From positions 522,861-586,860 of the forward strand of contig NMRA01000261.1 of assembly GCA_002633005.1 (NCBI GenBank): a stretch of 64,000 nt of DNA, read 5' to 3'. This stretch comes from Phoronis australis (taxonomy: Eukaryota; Animalia; Phoronida). Of this stretch, positions 23,206-35,754 are shown in pieces (the stretch's first letter is position 1; every line of letters starts with the position of its first letter). The position numbers were made by a program, and so were the translations under genes. A model generated the notes under the pieces. That model saw nothing but the letters and a program-made list of their open reading frames with translations. It was not told the DNA's origin and ran no database searches.

Positions 23206-26200
23206 CTGAAAGATAAAGCATTTCAAAGATTGCTGGTATGCGGATTGATTTATCTGTTAAAATTAAAAAAATAAAATAGAAGGATGAAAGAATCAAAGTT
23301 GAAATACAAGCAAAGTGAATATCACATATTTTGTCAGGTATTGAAAGGGAATTCCCAGGCAAACCACCAATATTTTTAACTGAAAATAAACATTTAAGCA
23401 AACAAAAGATGACAGTTCAATCCAGTCTTTATATAGTGATAACATGTTAGAGACACCACTCAGCAGCTAACATTTGGTTTTGAGTGCTTTCCCTTTTTAT
23501 TCTTGAGTTTGTCGGACTGTTTTGTGTGACGTTTAGAATGAGACGCTTAATATCTTCACAGTACTGTATGTGGAATAAATAAGCTCTGGAACACCCAGTT
23601 CAGGAATTCTTTGAAAAATTCAAAGATGCAATGACTGTATTACTCACCCATCTGACAACACAGCGTATGTAGTGTTCCTATCAGTGATGATGTTGTATTG
23701 AGCTAACCATGCCTGTACACTGTGCACGACATCACAGAAGAGAGGAGCTGAGGCCACTGTTGCCTAGTGAAGGTCAAAAGGCATTGCAGTAACAGTTTAC
23801 ATGGTCACAACCACAAGCTTGTCACAGCTCTGATGCCATTGCACATTATAGTTAAAGGCGAAGGCAACCTTTTTTCATGTCACTTTTAGCAAAAATATGG
23901 TTCGTTGATTATCCCAGACACATTTTTCACTTAATTACAGCTTTTCGTAATTTGATTAATTTCTCGTCCTCTACTCCGGAAGTGACATTTTGGGAAGCAA
24001 GAGTTTCGCGCCCCAATTTCTTTTCATTGTAGTCTGACTGTGAGGGCTGTCGAGTCAGTCATTGTTTTACTTCGGTCATGATAAGTTCGGTCGTCGTTTG
24101 CTTTTGTTTACAAGTCAGTCAACATGCCACGCTGTTGCTGCGTGCCGGGATGTACTCAGTATCGTCTAACACGTGCTTTGGGTACCTTGCCTCGCTTTCT
24201 GAAGGATGACACACTTCACCGTACTTGGCTAGGTCGTTCATGTGAAGAACGCAGCGCTACCCGCTCACGCAACGTACAAAGCAGTGGAAGGTTACCGAGT
24301 GTGTGGCAAGCATTTTCTGCCGTCAGATTATCACAGAGATATGTACGCTGAATTGATGAAGGTCCCCGTGAAACAACGCATGAAGAAAGGTACCATACTG
24401 TCGCTGTTGATTCCCGGCAGTGCCCTGTCGCCAACCACAAGAAGTGCGTTTTTGAAGCGAGAAGTCTCGCGAGCTGTGGCCACTATATACAGTGACTGGA
24501 GGCACTTCATCTACAGTCACCCGTGCCTCCGAACGTACCCCCATTGCGTGCAATTCCGGGAGCAAGCAGTGATTCGCCCTGTGCTGTTGTCTCGAACCCA
24601 GAGCATGTAAGCAGCCCTGCAGCGATGTTGAGTAGTGGGAGTGAATACAGGCCCAGTTCGACACCCAGTGAAGAGGACAGTTCGTCATCCAATGAACAGA
24701 TCGGTGAGCCCAAGTTTGATAAGTTTAATGTGGACTTGTATTGGAGTTATTTAGAAGGTGCCAGGTGTGTGGCGAGGGAGTCACACGGCAGGATCTAAGC
24801 AGTTTGGGTGCTCAGATCACCCTCCAGTGGGAGTGTGTTGCGGGACACTCGGGCAAGCGGAACAGTTCTTCCTCTGTACTACGTGAGACGATAATGAGTA
24901 CACCCTAGTACGCAGCAACAGCGTGGCATGTTGACTGACTCGTAAGCAAAAGCAAACGATGACCGAACTTATCACAACTGAGGTAGAACAATGACTGACT
25001 CGACTGCTCTCACAGTCAGACTATATGAAAAGAAATTGGTGCGAAATTCTTGCCTCCCAAAACGTCACTTCCGGAGTAGACGACGAGTAATTAATTAAAT
25101 TACGAAAAGCAGTAAATAAGTGAAAAATATGTCTGGGATAATAAACGAACCTTATTTTTGCTAAAACTGAAATGAAAAAAGGTTGCCTTTGCCTTTAAAG
25201 CTGAACTTCGCCCTGTTCAGCAGGTTAAAAACAAGAACATTATTAAGCCTTTTACTCTCATAAAATCGGTGTCACAACACTCATTACCTTGATAGAATCC
25301 CATTTTCAAATTTGCCATTTTAGGATTGAACAACTCCAATACACTATGAAGCCATTTCTTTAGCCCCTGATAGTTTTGATGTTTTTGTTGGTAATGGAAA
25401 TGAAATCTTACCAAAGAAGGAATATTATGACAGAAACAGATCTCGTGATCAAAGTAAAAAGCTTAATTCGATTTTCACTTCTTATCCAACTGAACAGAGT
25501 CAATAAAATGCAGCACGTTATCACCCCATTTCAATGTTTACTCTTCTGTGCCTACAACAGCACTTGCAGTTTGAAAGAATACCGAACATTGATTGACGTA
25601 GTACTTATCTCTCAAAGTAAATACTGGGGTGCATTTCATAAACTGAGTTTCCATTCGGTAAAGCGAGTAAAAGGTGAGTGTTTTGTAAGTAGATTCTAGA
25701 CCTTACCAGTGTAACCTAGCACTGACAATGAATGATAGATTGATGAGGTAGGAATGTTGAATTATGGGACAAAATTTACGAATCATTGCGTTGAATTCAC
25801 TGTTTCTGTACCATAAGCGAAGATTTCTCATCACAAGTGTATGGTTAATGTCTTGGTCAACAGAATGCAAGCTCGATTGTACAAGAGAAGGTGGGAACAC
25901 AGACCAGTAGCTCCATCTAGAGGGAAGCAGGGAAAAGGCCCGTTTCACATACCGGTGGCAGCTACATTGTTTTTGGCACCTGACATGGCTAGTAATATAA
26001 CAGTCTAAAGAAAGAACCAAAAACACAGCAAATGGAGAGAAGGTGGTACTGATCTTTATTTGCAAACGTTTCTGGTTATCCACCATTCTTCAAAATGCTA
26101 CCACTAAATCATTTGCAAATAAACACTCAGAAGCCTCTCTGAGACTGTCTATTATAACAGTTTTAATCCACTTCCTGGTGGTCCAACGAAACAACGGTAC

Positions 26201-28761
26201 TTGTAAAGTTCTTGGTAAAAAAAAAGATGAAACCAATTGAACAAACAATCAAATAGTCTAATTCAAAACTAGTATTTGTGTTTTCATTGCCCTAGCTGCT
26301 CTTCATATCAACACATTTTTAGCAAACATTACCTGAGAAATGCCAGTTAAATTTGTGCAAAATGTGGACAGTTTTGGATGAACTCTTGGCCGGCAGTAGC
26401 TATGGAAAGTGTCAACCTAAAACAGACAACAAACTTAAAATGACAATGTGCAATGTTGCAAGAAGTCTTTGTCGAAACTGTGGACACGACTGGAGATAAC
26501 AATAATGAAACAGAGCCATGATAAAACTAGGTTTCTGTCAAGAATATATTTTGGATTTTTTGTACCATGACAAATTACCATTCATAAATTTCATTCTATG
26601 GACTGTGTGGCAGCTTCTACAGCATGACCTACCATTGCAAACTTGCTTTATTCTGAGTTGAAGTTGACTATTTTGACTTGACCTAATTATAGCCAGACAA
26701 CACTTTAAAAAGAAATCACAAACGGAGAAGTGTAATAATACTTACAACTTCCAGTTTGGCTGTGTCAATCATCACCACAGGGAACTCAATGATTTCATGT
26801 TTAAATTTATGAGGATTGTACTCGTTGCACGTGGCTTCGAAGTCAACAACCAAGATGTAGTTGTAAAACACGTCGGATTGCGTACTTGACTTGATATTTT
26901 CTTTTGCAAGTTTCTGCTTTTTGTAGTAATTTTTCAGCCTTTTCTTGAGAACGTCTTTGACACCTCTGAAAACATGTCCAACTGGATATTTTAATTGACA
27001 GTGAATTTAGAGACTGGCCTTATCAGTTTCACATAAAAAGAAAATGACAATGCAAGGAGAGGCACCCATACAAGACAGAAAAAGTGCACTATGCTTATCT
27101 GCTTAATAGTCTGATCTATCACTGCACTTTTTCAGCACACCACTCGTGGAAAGAGGAAGTGAAACAACACTGATGACCTCGATCTGTAAAAAAGGGTGTA
27201 TACCACAGGAGTGGCCATTACTTTGTAGACTTTCATTTGGTCACCAAGCATATGTTACATACCTTGATTCAAGTGATGTCTGCCCTACGTGGAAAGTGAA
27301 TTCAGAAAGTCAGTATCAATACAACATACATGAAACAACTACTGACAGAATGACGAATACAACAGCTGTTTTTCTTCCCAGTCGGCAAGTCTCCCACGAA
27401 AGTCATAGAGAATGTAGTACACATTTCTACTTCTAACAAAGAGTTCATTTTTTATCAAAGTTTCATTCATGTTTTACCAGTTCAAGGCCAAATCTTTATT
27501 TATTGCATCATTGTTTCTAATACCTCTATCAACAAAATTTGTGCTATGAAAAGAAGAAGTAATGGTTGCGAGGTAGTCTTTGCCCCTATCCATCCCAGAA
27601 TGCATTGCACACAAGACCAAGAAAAGCTATCTAGAAAAAGGACTAATAAAAGTAAAATCTCACCAATTACGGACACAATGTGGTTGTTATGTAATGATAT
27701 TACGTGATATGCAGAAATGTGTAGTATGCGAAATATGATTTAATGATATACCATTTTGGCATGAGTGCATTTCACTTTAAAAAAGACATACTAGTACATT
27801 TGCTTCAACCTGTCGCTTTGTCATCTTGATTTGCTACAGTGGCCAACCAATGGGATTTAATTTTTTCCTTGGAACATAGCAGCACCAAATTAGATCATGC
27901 ATTTCCATGTTCACGTTTTGTACCACAGCTACCATCAGACACAGTTTTAAAAAACATGTGAGCATCCAAAATAATATTAGAAGGCCTTGAAAATGAAAAA
28001 ACGGAATTTTTGGCTATTATTTTTGTTCGAAATTGCTGAAATTTTACTGTACTTCCTAATAGGTCACCAGCAACAGTAACACTTACCTGGTGTCAAGCCT
28101 CAGTGAGGCCAATTTATCCTGCAAATCCTGTTTTGTCATTCTGTTAACTTCTCCATTCATGATGGACAGTTTCTTGTAAACTGGGTGATCAAATGCACCA
28201 NATAGAGTTGTACAAAGTTGTGTTACCAAGACTGAAAACTATATGTAACTGTCATACTCAGAAATGCTAACACATAATATTCATATTTTTTCAAAGTAAA
28301 GCGCTGATGACCCCAGGTAATCAAATATGGGTATTTGCCTTCTATAATTGTATTGTTCGACATTTGATACTGTTTGTATCTTGCTGACAGTGGTGTGCTC
28401 TCACTAATGACAAAGCACAAAATGAAATTCACTAAAACCTGGGAAATTGATGACTCTGCCAAGTTAACAGAATGAGAAGGATCCTCCTTGGATGAACTTG
28501 GTCATGACCTTGACAGAATGAGAAGGATCCTCCTTGGATGATCGTGGTCATGACCTAAGCAAAATGAGGATCCTCCTTGGATGCACTTGGTCACGACCTT
28601 AACAAAATGAGAAGGATACTCCTTGGATGAACTTGTTCATGAACTTAACAGAATGAGAAGGATTCTCCTTGGATGAACTTGGTCATGACCTCGATGATGG
28701 TAAATGATACAGAATCCTTGCGCTGAAGTGTACTTACCGCGGCACTGTCAGATGAAGCCAT
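22656..28761 (-). CDS. ERI1: 3'-5' exoribonuclease 1 (ERI1/3'hExo), multi-exon gene
   Basis: Exons joined by GT-AG in consistent phase: ~28200-28087, 26965-26746, 26416-26333, 23763-23648, 23205-22656. Probable start exon 28761-28738 (MASSDSAA); its join is obscured by the N at 28201. SAP domain (DHPVYKKLS...RGVKDVLKKRLKNYYKKQKL) and DEDDh motifs (VDFEATC, EIIEFP, LTGI, DGPWD, HSGLDDARNIA). Confidence 0.92.
23648..23763 (-). CDS. ERI1: ERI1 internal exon
   Basis: ag/gtgagt boundaries, 116 bp, ATVASAPLFCDVVHSVQAWL...YAVLSDG; phase matches both neighbours. Confidence 0.88.
23856..25194 (+). mobile_element. Kolobok-type non-autonomous element, copy 2 (fold-back form, in ERI1 intron)
   Basis: TTAA flanks at 23852-23855 and 25195-25198; same termini as copy 1. 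Decayed THAP ORF from 24124. The right end (~24880-25194) is an inverted copy of the THAP end. Confidence 0.88.
26333..26416 (-). CDS. ERI1: ERI1 internal exon
   Basis: tttag/gtaat boundaries, 84 bp, VDTFHSYCRPRVHPKLSTFCTNLTGISQ. Confidence 0.9.
26746..26965 (-). CDS. ERI1: ERI1 exon (end of SAP domain, ExoI motif)
   Basis: ttttcag/gtaagt boundaries, 220 bp, GVKDVLKKRLKNYYKKQKL...VVDFEATC...HEIIEFPVV. Confidence 0.92.
28087..28200 (-). CDS. ERI1: ERI1 exon (SAP domain N-terminal part); 5' boundary unresolved
   Basis: GAFDHPVYKKLSIMNGEVNRMTKQDLQDKLASLRLDT, donor gtaagt at 28086. The N at 28201 hides the acceptor. Confidence 0.85.
28464..28691. repeat. 46-bp minisatellite, about 5 copies, in ERI1 intron
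   Basis: Unit TAACAGAATGAGAAGGATCCTCCTTGGATGAACTTGGTCATGACCT; length is not a multiple of 3. Confidence 0.92.
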
Positions 28762-28787
28762 GCCAACATCACCCCCAATAGAGGTTG
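28738..28787 (-). CDS. ERI1: Probable ERI1 start-codon exon (ATG at 28761)
   Basis: ttacag acceptor, gtaagt donor, encodes MASSDSAA. No homology support. Confidence 0.45.
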
Positions 28788-29524
28788 CTGTAATGTAAAG
28801 TAGAAAATTATGCATGCAATAACTGTGTAAGAACACACAGTCAAAACTATGTCAGTCCTGTCATGGGTAAAAATGATAATTGAAAGGAAACATGTCAAAA
28901 ATCATGATTTTGAAAACTGCTTCCTTGTCTAAATGAAAAGTAGTTACTTGAGACAAACCTATGAGATTATTACGTTACTACAGTTAAATTCGCGGAATGA
29001 TTGCTTGAGTTACAGCAGCAATAAACCCGCGTTCCATCACAAAAAAGTAACTTTTGATTCAGACCACTTACTGTTGTGAAACTGGTCTCAAATTGAATCT
29101 GTGTCAATTTGGAGATAACTTCAGGTCATGTGCTGTAGAATAAACACAATGGCACGCTCATCATGTACAGGCTGTTTGCATCTTAGGCGATGGCACTACC
29201 TAATGTAGCCTACCCGTCGGAAACTTTTCTGCAAATTATGCCTCACACTGACCCTCAAAGTCACATTACTATAAGTACCTTTTGAGGGTAGGGGATACTT
29301 AGGAGCCAATTGATGTCTTTATAATTGCCCCGAATTCCAAAACTACTCCCACAAACAACATTTCTTTCTGAATAGTCCTTACATTTACCAAAAACGGTAT
29401 CTGACCCATTTTTGTTTTAATTATCACTGCAATTAAAGCATGTAATTTTTTATATTACATCAAGGTTGACCTCCATAACCTCGGGAGTAAGGCAATCAGT
29501 GTCATGACATGTGATTTGCGGGTG

Positions 29525-29965
29525 TGACGTACAACCAGATATTTAGCCTCCCTAAATCACTTGTCAAATGCCTCTTGGCTGAGAAGTTTAGGCACTCGAC
29601 TCTCACACTTGCAACCCGGGTTCAAGTCTCAGTGCCACCAAAAATTTCTGCATTGGTGCTCAACAATGGTAAGAACCCACAACAACACGGTATATCAGAA
29701 CTCCTCTCCAGGCAGTCCGGAAACTGCAGGGGAAACCCAGACTAGAGATGTAGCTGACCTGAGAGGGCAGGCGGCATGCTTGATAAATAGAATGGAGAGG
29801 AGTGTTGTGACACACAACTTCCAGGTGTGACGGACAGACAGATGAAGCCTTTCTAAATCACTTCCAAGCGGCAATTGCTTCTTTGCTTAACAGTTTAGAT
29901 ACTCCGCTCTCACACATGCAACCTGGTTTCAAGTCTCAGTGTCACCAAAACTTTCTTCATCATTA
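29525..29965 (+). repeat. Two tandem (~300-bp period) tRNA-Glu(CTC)-like pseudogene/SINE heads
   Basis: TTAGGCACTCGACTCTCAC...CCCGGGTTCAAGTCTC...ACCA at ~29570-29640 and a more decayed copy at ~29880-29947; the stems do not pair fully. Confidence 0.5.
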
Positions 29966-30627
29966 ATGCGCTACAATGGTGATCTGACAATATGACAGTG
30001 ACTGAAACTTGACCGCCAGGCGCCAGGACAAAATGGTATCGCTGACAAAAGAAGAAACATGCTATAAAGAAAGCTCAATTACCAAAGAATATGATCAAGC
30101 AGAGAAGAGTTAAGAATATCAATGGCCTCCTAAGATGTCCCTCTGACTCTATGCGCAAAAGTACGTATGGATGACTTCGATCAGTGTGAGGCATAAGTAT
30201 CTGAAAAGCTTCCAGCATGCGATTGCTGGGCCAGATGGGACGATGGTATTTGTTTATTCAAAAACTCGTAAGGGTGTCGACTAGTGCTGCCAGAGCAATG
30301 GTCGGATATAGCGGTTCCAGATACTGAGTTTCAGGCAAATCATTGACGATTGGGTGGTGCACCGGTGGACGAAATTGGTTTTCTAAATCCGGGACCGCTT
30401 GTAAAAGATCGAGAAATAAGCTGCGGTGGGAAAGATTCATCAGACTTCATCAGAGGATGGTAATGTACACCTACACATGTGTATTTTGCACAATAAAAAG
30501 TGTTATTAAGTTTGTTTGCTAACTGACAACATACCAGTTCCACCAGTTACAACGCGTGTACTCTACAGCCAGACTTTCAAGGAAGAAATATTACGCGACA
30601 CCAGATGGCGCTTTGGACTTCCGTCCC

Positions 30628-31618
30628 AGTTCAAATCCCGTGGTTTCTGAAGAGTGTTTGTTTGCCCAGGTTTGTACGCTGTATATTCTATACTACAGTT
30701 TTCAACGCCAAAGAATCTTGGATATTGGTCCGAGTTAACCTAGCTGATGTTGAAATTCATCTGTGTATGTATGACTGTTTCTCAGAAAAGGCATTGTTGT
30801 GAGTTGAACGCTGACGGTCGACGGCGACGGGAAAAAGTTATACTTCCTATACTAGGAGCGCCCCCTGGCTACCGATCTCAGCACCACCCCAGTGTCCTGA
30901 AATTTGCCCTCTTGTGTTGTGGTTACACCACCATCAGTACCGGGCCAACACCCTCTCCGACTCTATACACCGCTGTCATAGAGTTGGAGCAGTTACTATT
31001 GAAAAATTTGCCAACTCTGAGACAGACACTTATACTGGGGAACCCAATGTTCGTCCGCCTAAGCATAAAACCGACTTGCTGTTGTACTCACCGAATTATT
31101 CCACTTCAAAGTTATGATCTGAATAGGATTCGATTTAACTCTCACAGATATACCGCATTCATCGATTCGGAAGTTTTCTTTAATTTGTGCCGAGTTATTT
31201 CAAATNAGTTCAAATCCCGTGGTTTCTGAAGAGTGTTTGTTTGCCCAGGTTTGTACGCTGTATATTCTATACTACAGTTTTCAACGCCAAAGAATCTTGG
31301 ATATTGGTCCGAGTTAACCTAGCTGATGTTAAAATTCATCTGTGTATGTATGACTGTTTCTCAGAAAAGGCATTGTTGTGAGTTGAACGCTGACGGTCGA
31401 CGGCGACGGGAAAAAATTATACTTCCTATACTAGGAGCGCCCCCTGGCTACCGATCTCAGCACCACCCCAGTGTCCTGAAATTTGCCCTCTTGTGTTGTG
31501 GTTACACCACCATCAGTACCGGGCCGACACCCTCTCCGACTCTATACACCGCTGTCTTAGAGTTGGAGCAGTTACTATTGAAAAATTTGCCAACTCTGAG
31601 AGTGAGACAGACACTTAT
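30628..31618. repeat. Near-identical ~405-bp direct duplication (30628-31033 vs 31207-31618)
   Basis: The second copy starts right after the N at 31206 and differs by only a few SNPs; possibly an assembly or haplotype artefact. Confidence 0.85.
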
Positions 31619-33444
31619 ATAGTTATAGTGATACTTGAACGGCGGTTCTTGCGTGAGGTAGCGAGGACAGCATTCTTTAGCGAATCGCTTCTCGTATCTG
31701 TCACCGTGTTAAATTCGCGCACTACAGTCGGCAAAAAATCACTCAAAAATGTAATAAATGTGAATAAAAATTATCACAAAGTATGAAATAATGCATTGTT
31801 TTACTTATCTGATAATATTTTTTTGTCGCAAAATTCGTTTAATAATACTTTGCACAAGTTTTTTGCAGGGACGTGACCGATTTTTCGACAAAAGGGCTGC
31901 CGGTAAAAATGACTGCTATAATTTGGTTTTCAACCCAGGAGAATACTAAACTCGCGAATTTTTATGTGAAACTTAGTGAAAGAACAAAAGGGAGCCTTGC
32001 GAACATAATTATGTAAGTAGTTTTCACTTTCCTGCACTTAAAAGTTGAAAAAGTTGCCTGTTCCCGCGACCTTCAACTTCGATCTGAATTTATTGGTATA
32101 TAGCATAATTTGCGAATGTAATGAACTGTATTCCGCACTAAAGGGTTCATTAATGAACTATTTCAAACATTTGTTCTAAACGAACACTTCGTCAATTTCT
32201 GACAATCAGGCGAATTTCTGACTCACTTCGTAGTTCCGGGTAGGCCTACTGCCGCTAGGGGTTGTCCTGTGAATCGGGTTGAATGTTTGGTTTACAATAC
32301 TGAAGCACTTCAACTTTTCCTGATGAAAACTCAATGTAAAAGAGAACTAAACAGTCATTTCTCGTAGTGAGAACAATGATTCTTATATTTAAGTTTTTTT
32401 CCTATTTTGCTTCATATTTTTGTTGGTCAAGCCACTGATAGACTTGGGTTGGCTTGTTGCCAGAGAGGTCCACACCCATCTTGCCTTATTGGTCATGACA
32501 TTTTATTCAGAATATGTCAAGATAGAAAATGAAAATATTTGAATTTTAGATTCAACAAATATTACAAATATACAGTTCTACTGCAGTCCTGTGTTTCCAA
32601 GACTTTGTGGTCCACTACTATGAAACATACGCGGCTTTCGATAAACTTTTTTTCTGACGACGGGCCAGTATATATAGTTTTTAACAGAACAAGTGAGGTT
32701 TGTCTAGATTGTTCATAAATCTCACCCTGATCTATATCCTCCAGGTAAGCTTTGTTGGAAGTTGCTGTGGACCAAACCACTTGTTATTTTCTTCATTATT
32801 TTTGTTCTTATAATTTCACTCCTATTTATCAGTTTCTATCGATCATCATCATGTCTCACATTTCTTTCTCACCAGACTCTGCTTCTAGCTCTTAGTCCAG
32901 ATCCTTCTACTTTCCTGCTTTTACTGATTCTACTTACATTTTATCAGTTATTAAGTTGGACATGATCTCATGGACACACGGTCAAAGCCTCCTTCACTTT
33001 GGCTCTCCCCTCCACCTATCAGGCGGTGCTTTTCAGCTCCTGATGCTGTTGAGGAGTCCGCGAAGAAGTATCATATGCCAACACCACCTCTTAAGACACT
33101 GTCCGACAAATTCTGGCATGACCCATCTAGCTATTTCTTTTTTCTTTTCACAACCTTTTAGTTTAATAGTATTATGTCACCTTTGTTAAAATGTTGTGCA
33201 TAATTTCCAAGTAGGGTAACATTTTCGCATAACACTGTTCAAATAATTCTTGTATGCCATAGCAACAAATCATTTATGAATTATAGTATTCTTTCGGGTC
33301 CTCAGATATCTGTCTTGGTTTAATATCCATTACAACGAAGATGAGGCTATCTACTCCTTTCGGCTGATTGATGACTTTGGTCAAAGGGACTTCGAAGTGC
33401 TGGAATAACTCAATGTTGCATATAGATACTCCAATGACTTACGA

Positions 33445-33720
33445 TAGAAAGGGTTTGGCCCCCCTTCCTTAAGGACGCCACAAGTCTGTGNCGACCTGCA
33501 GCTCGTTATGTCGAGCCCTGCCCCCTTTCCTTGAGGATGCCACAAGTCTCTACGGTACTCCGCTGACATACAGTAGTCAGGTGAAAGGGTTGGGCTCCCT
33601 TCCTTGAGGATACCACAAGTCTGTGTAAGGAACTCCACTGAACGTCTGTTTACTGGAAGGTACTCCACTGTCAATTGTCACTGAAGTAGTTTGGCCCCAC
33701 CTTCCTTGAGGATGCCTTGA
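33445..33720. repeat. Degenerate tandem repeat (core CCCTTCCTTGAGGATGCCACAAGTCT), about 4 copies
   Basis: Core recurs at about 33460, 33525, 33597 and 33700; includes a single-N join. Confidence 0.7.
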
Positions 33721-35754
33721 GAACTTATTTATCTGTCCATCATATATTCTTTTTTGTGTTCATATCACTTGAGACTATTTTAGGATTATGAGTATTGCAG
33801 TTGTTGGTTTTATAGCATGAACATTCCTGGATGGCTCAAGACAGGGTCTTCATTTTATTACATTGTTGTGGAAAGTTTGTGTAGAAGTTTTATTTATTAT
33901 GTGTCTTTCAGAAGCTTGTATTAAAATTTTCTATTTATCATACTTGTCATCAATACATTTTTGAAATGATGTTTGTTTATCCTTAATTTTTATGTAATGT
34001 AATTGATTTTGACAAAGTTAAGCCGGTTAGAAACTGCATGATTATTAAAACAATGTCACAAATAATATCAATAATTTGCTCAATCATCAAATTTCAACTT
34101 TCCTGATGAAAAATCTTTAAAATGATACCTTATTTTACTTTTGTCTTGGAGTAATTGTTATTTTATGAAAATTCGAAATCGCACAATTGTACGTAGTGAC
34201 TTCTCTTTGTCGACTGTGTTGACTTTAAGGTCAATATCTTCGCACAGGAACGTCTAATTAAAATGGTTTGTTGGCAAATTATTCATCATAAAAAGTTCTT
34301 TAAAATGATGTATTACATGTCAATCTATGTTTCTTAGTTTTGAAATCGTAATATTTTGAACTCGCAGATTCGATTTGACAGAATTTTTACCAAAAATTTT
34401 GATACGAAAATGACATTTTCTCCGGAACCATAAGTCCAATTTAAAAAAATTTTGTATTGTTATTTTAGTCACGAAAAGAGCTTTCTAATGATGTATATTA
34501 CACATTTTCTAAAATTTTTGAAAAATTTTGTTCTCCCTATGTGAGGGTCCAGTGTCCAAAGCCAAGAGGCCCCTCAAGCTGGCTGCCTGGATACGGCATT
34601 ACACTTACAGGCCGATGGAAATGCCTAACATGGAAATCGTGTGATACAACACTCTTTCCCCTTTTGCAGAACAGGCATGCCTCCTGGATACAGGTCTCAG
34701 CAACTCCCTTGCATCTTGGAGTTTGCCCCCAGTCTTATTTGCCAGTGTCCTGGAATTTGCCCTAAGCAATGCTTTCCTTATGTCCTGGATCCACCTCCAT
34801 TAGGCCGACACCCTCTCTATCCACCACTCGGAACAATCATATACATCTCAGGGTTTTCATGGGACTCACCTTAGGTAACAATGTTGAAAAATCTTTTGAC
34901 GTAGATACTTGAACTGGGAGCCGGTGTTACTGTACAGTTGAGTGTCCAAAGCGTTGGGCAAGCGACTAAGAAAGTCTTTATTTGACTGTCATGCCCAGAA
35001 GTCACGTAATAACCAACAAAATATAGCTTTCGAGCATGTACAATTCTTCTTCATGTGAATAAAGAGACAATGGAGACTACAGACGGGACATGTGGAAATA
35101 AAATAGAGCTGAGTGGAAAAAAAGGAAATGGAAATTAGTTTCGTACCCCATGTCCCTATTGAGACCATTGCATTTGATATCAAATCTCAAAATGAGGGAA
35201 GCTCACACTTAACATATATGGAGAGATCACACCTCAAAGCACAACGAGTGAGGTCCTTTATGGTGTTGTTGGGTGATTGAAAGGCTCGTGGTCTGGTTTA
35301 CATCACTGTCTTTAGAGGCATGCAGTATCCCATCTCCAATAGTTGTAAAGCATGTGGTGGTTTAGACTGCCTCCGTCTCTACTACCATCGGGTCTTCATA
35401 AGCCGGAAGCTTTTTGGCGAATTATGCCTTACACTTATTAAACCATCAAAATCATGTTGCTGTAGGGTACCTTTTGCTCATAGATGGACACCTTTGGAGG
35501 CCGTTGATGTCTACTTCCTTCCAACTTGAACAAACTTGTTTTTTGAGCAGTCCTTCCTTCAGTTGCCCAAATTGGCAATGGGCCATTTTTATACTGCCTG
35601 CACCAGGGGATACGACAGGTATGTAGAGACAATGGCATTGTACTTAGCAGTAGAGACGGTAGCACTATCTAGCGGCAGATCTGACTTTTCAATGGTTCAT
35701 TTGTTTAGTCATTTGTTCTATGACAATTCTTTTGATTTTGTTGTAGTTTCCGTA

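Noticed and set aside
29570-29640. Functional tRNA-Glu gene
   Set aside because: Acceptor, D and anticodon stems do not pair; duplicated and decayed.
30628-31618. Duplicated ORFs suggesting a tandem gene pair
   Set aside because: The second copy begins at a single-N join and is nearly identical, so it is likely an assembly overlap; no recognisable protein.
32970-33161. Small ORF MDTRSKPP...RRCFSAP as an extra exon or micropeptide
   Set aside because: No convincing donor site or recognisable homology.
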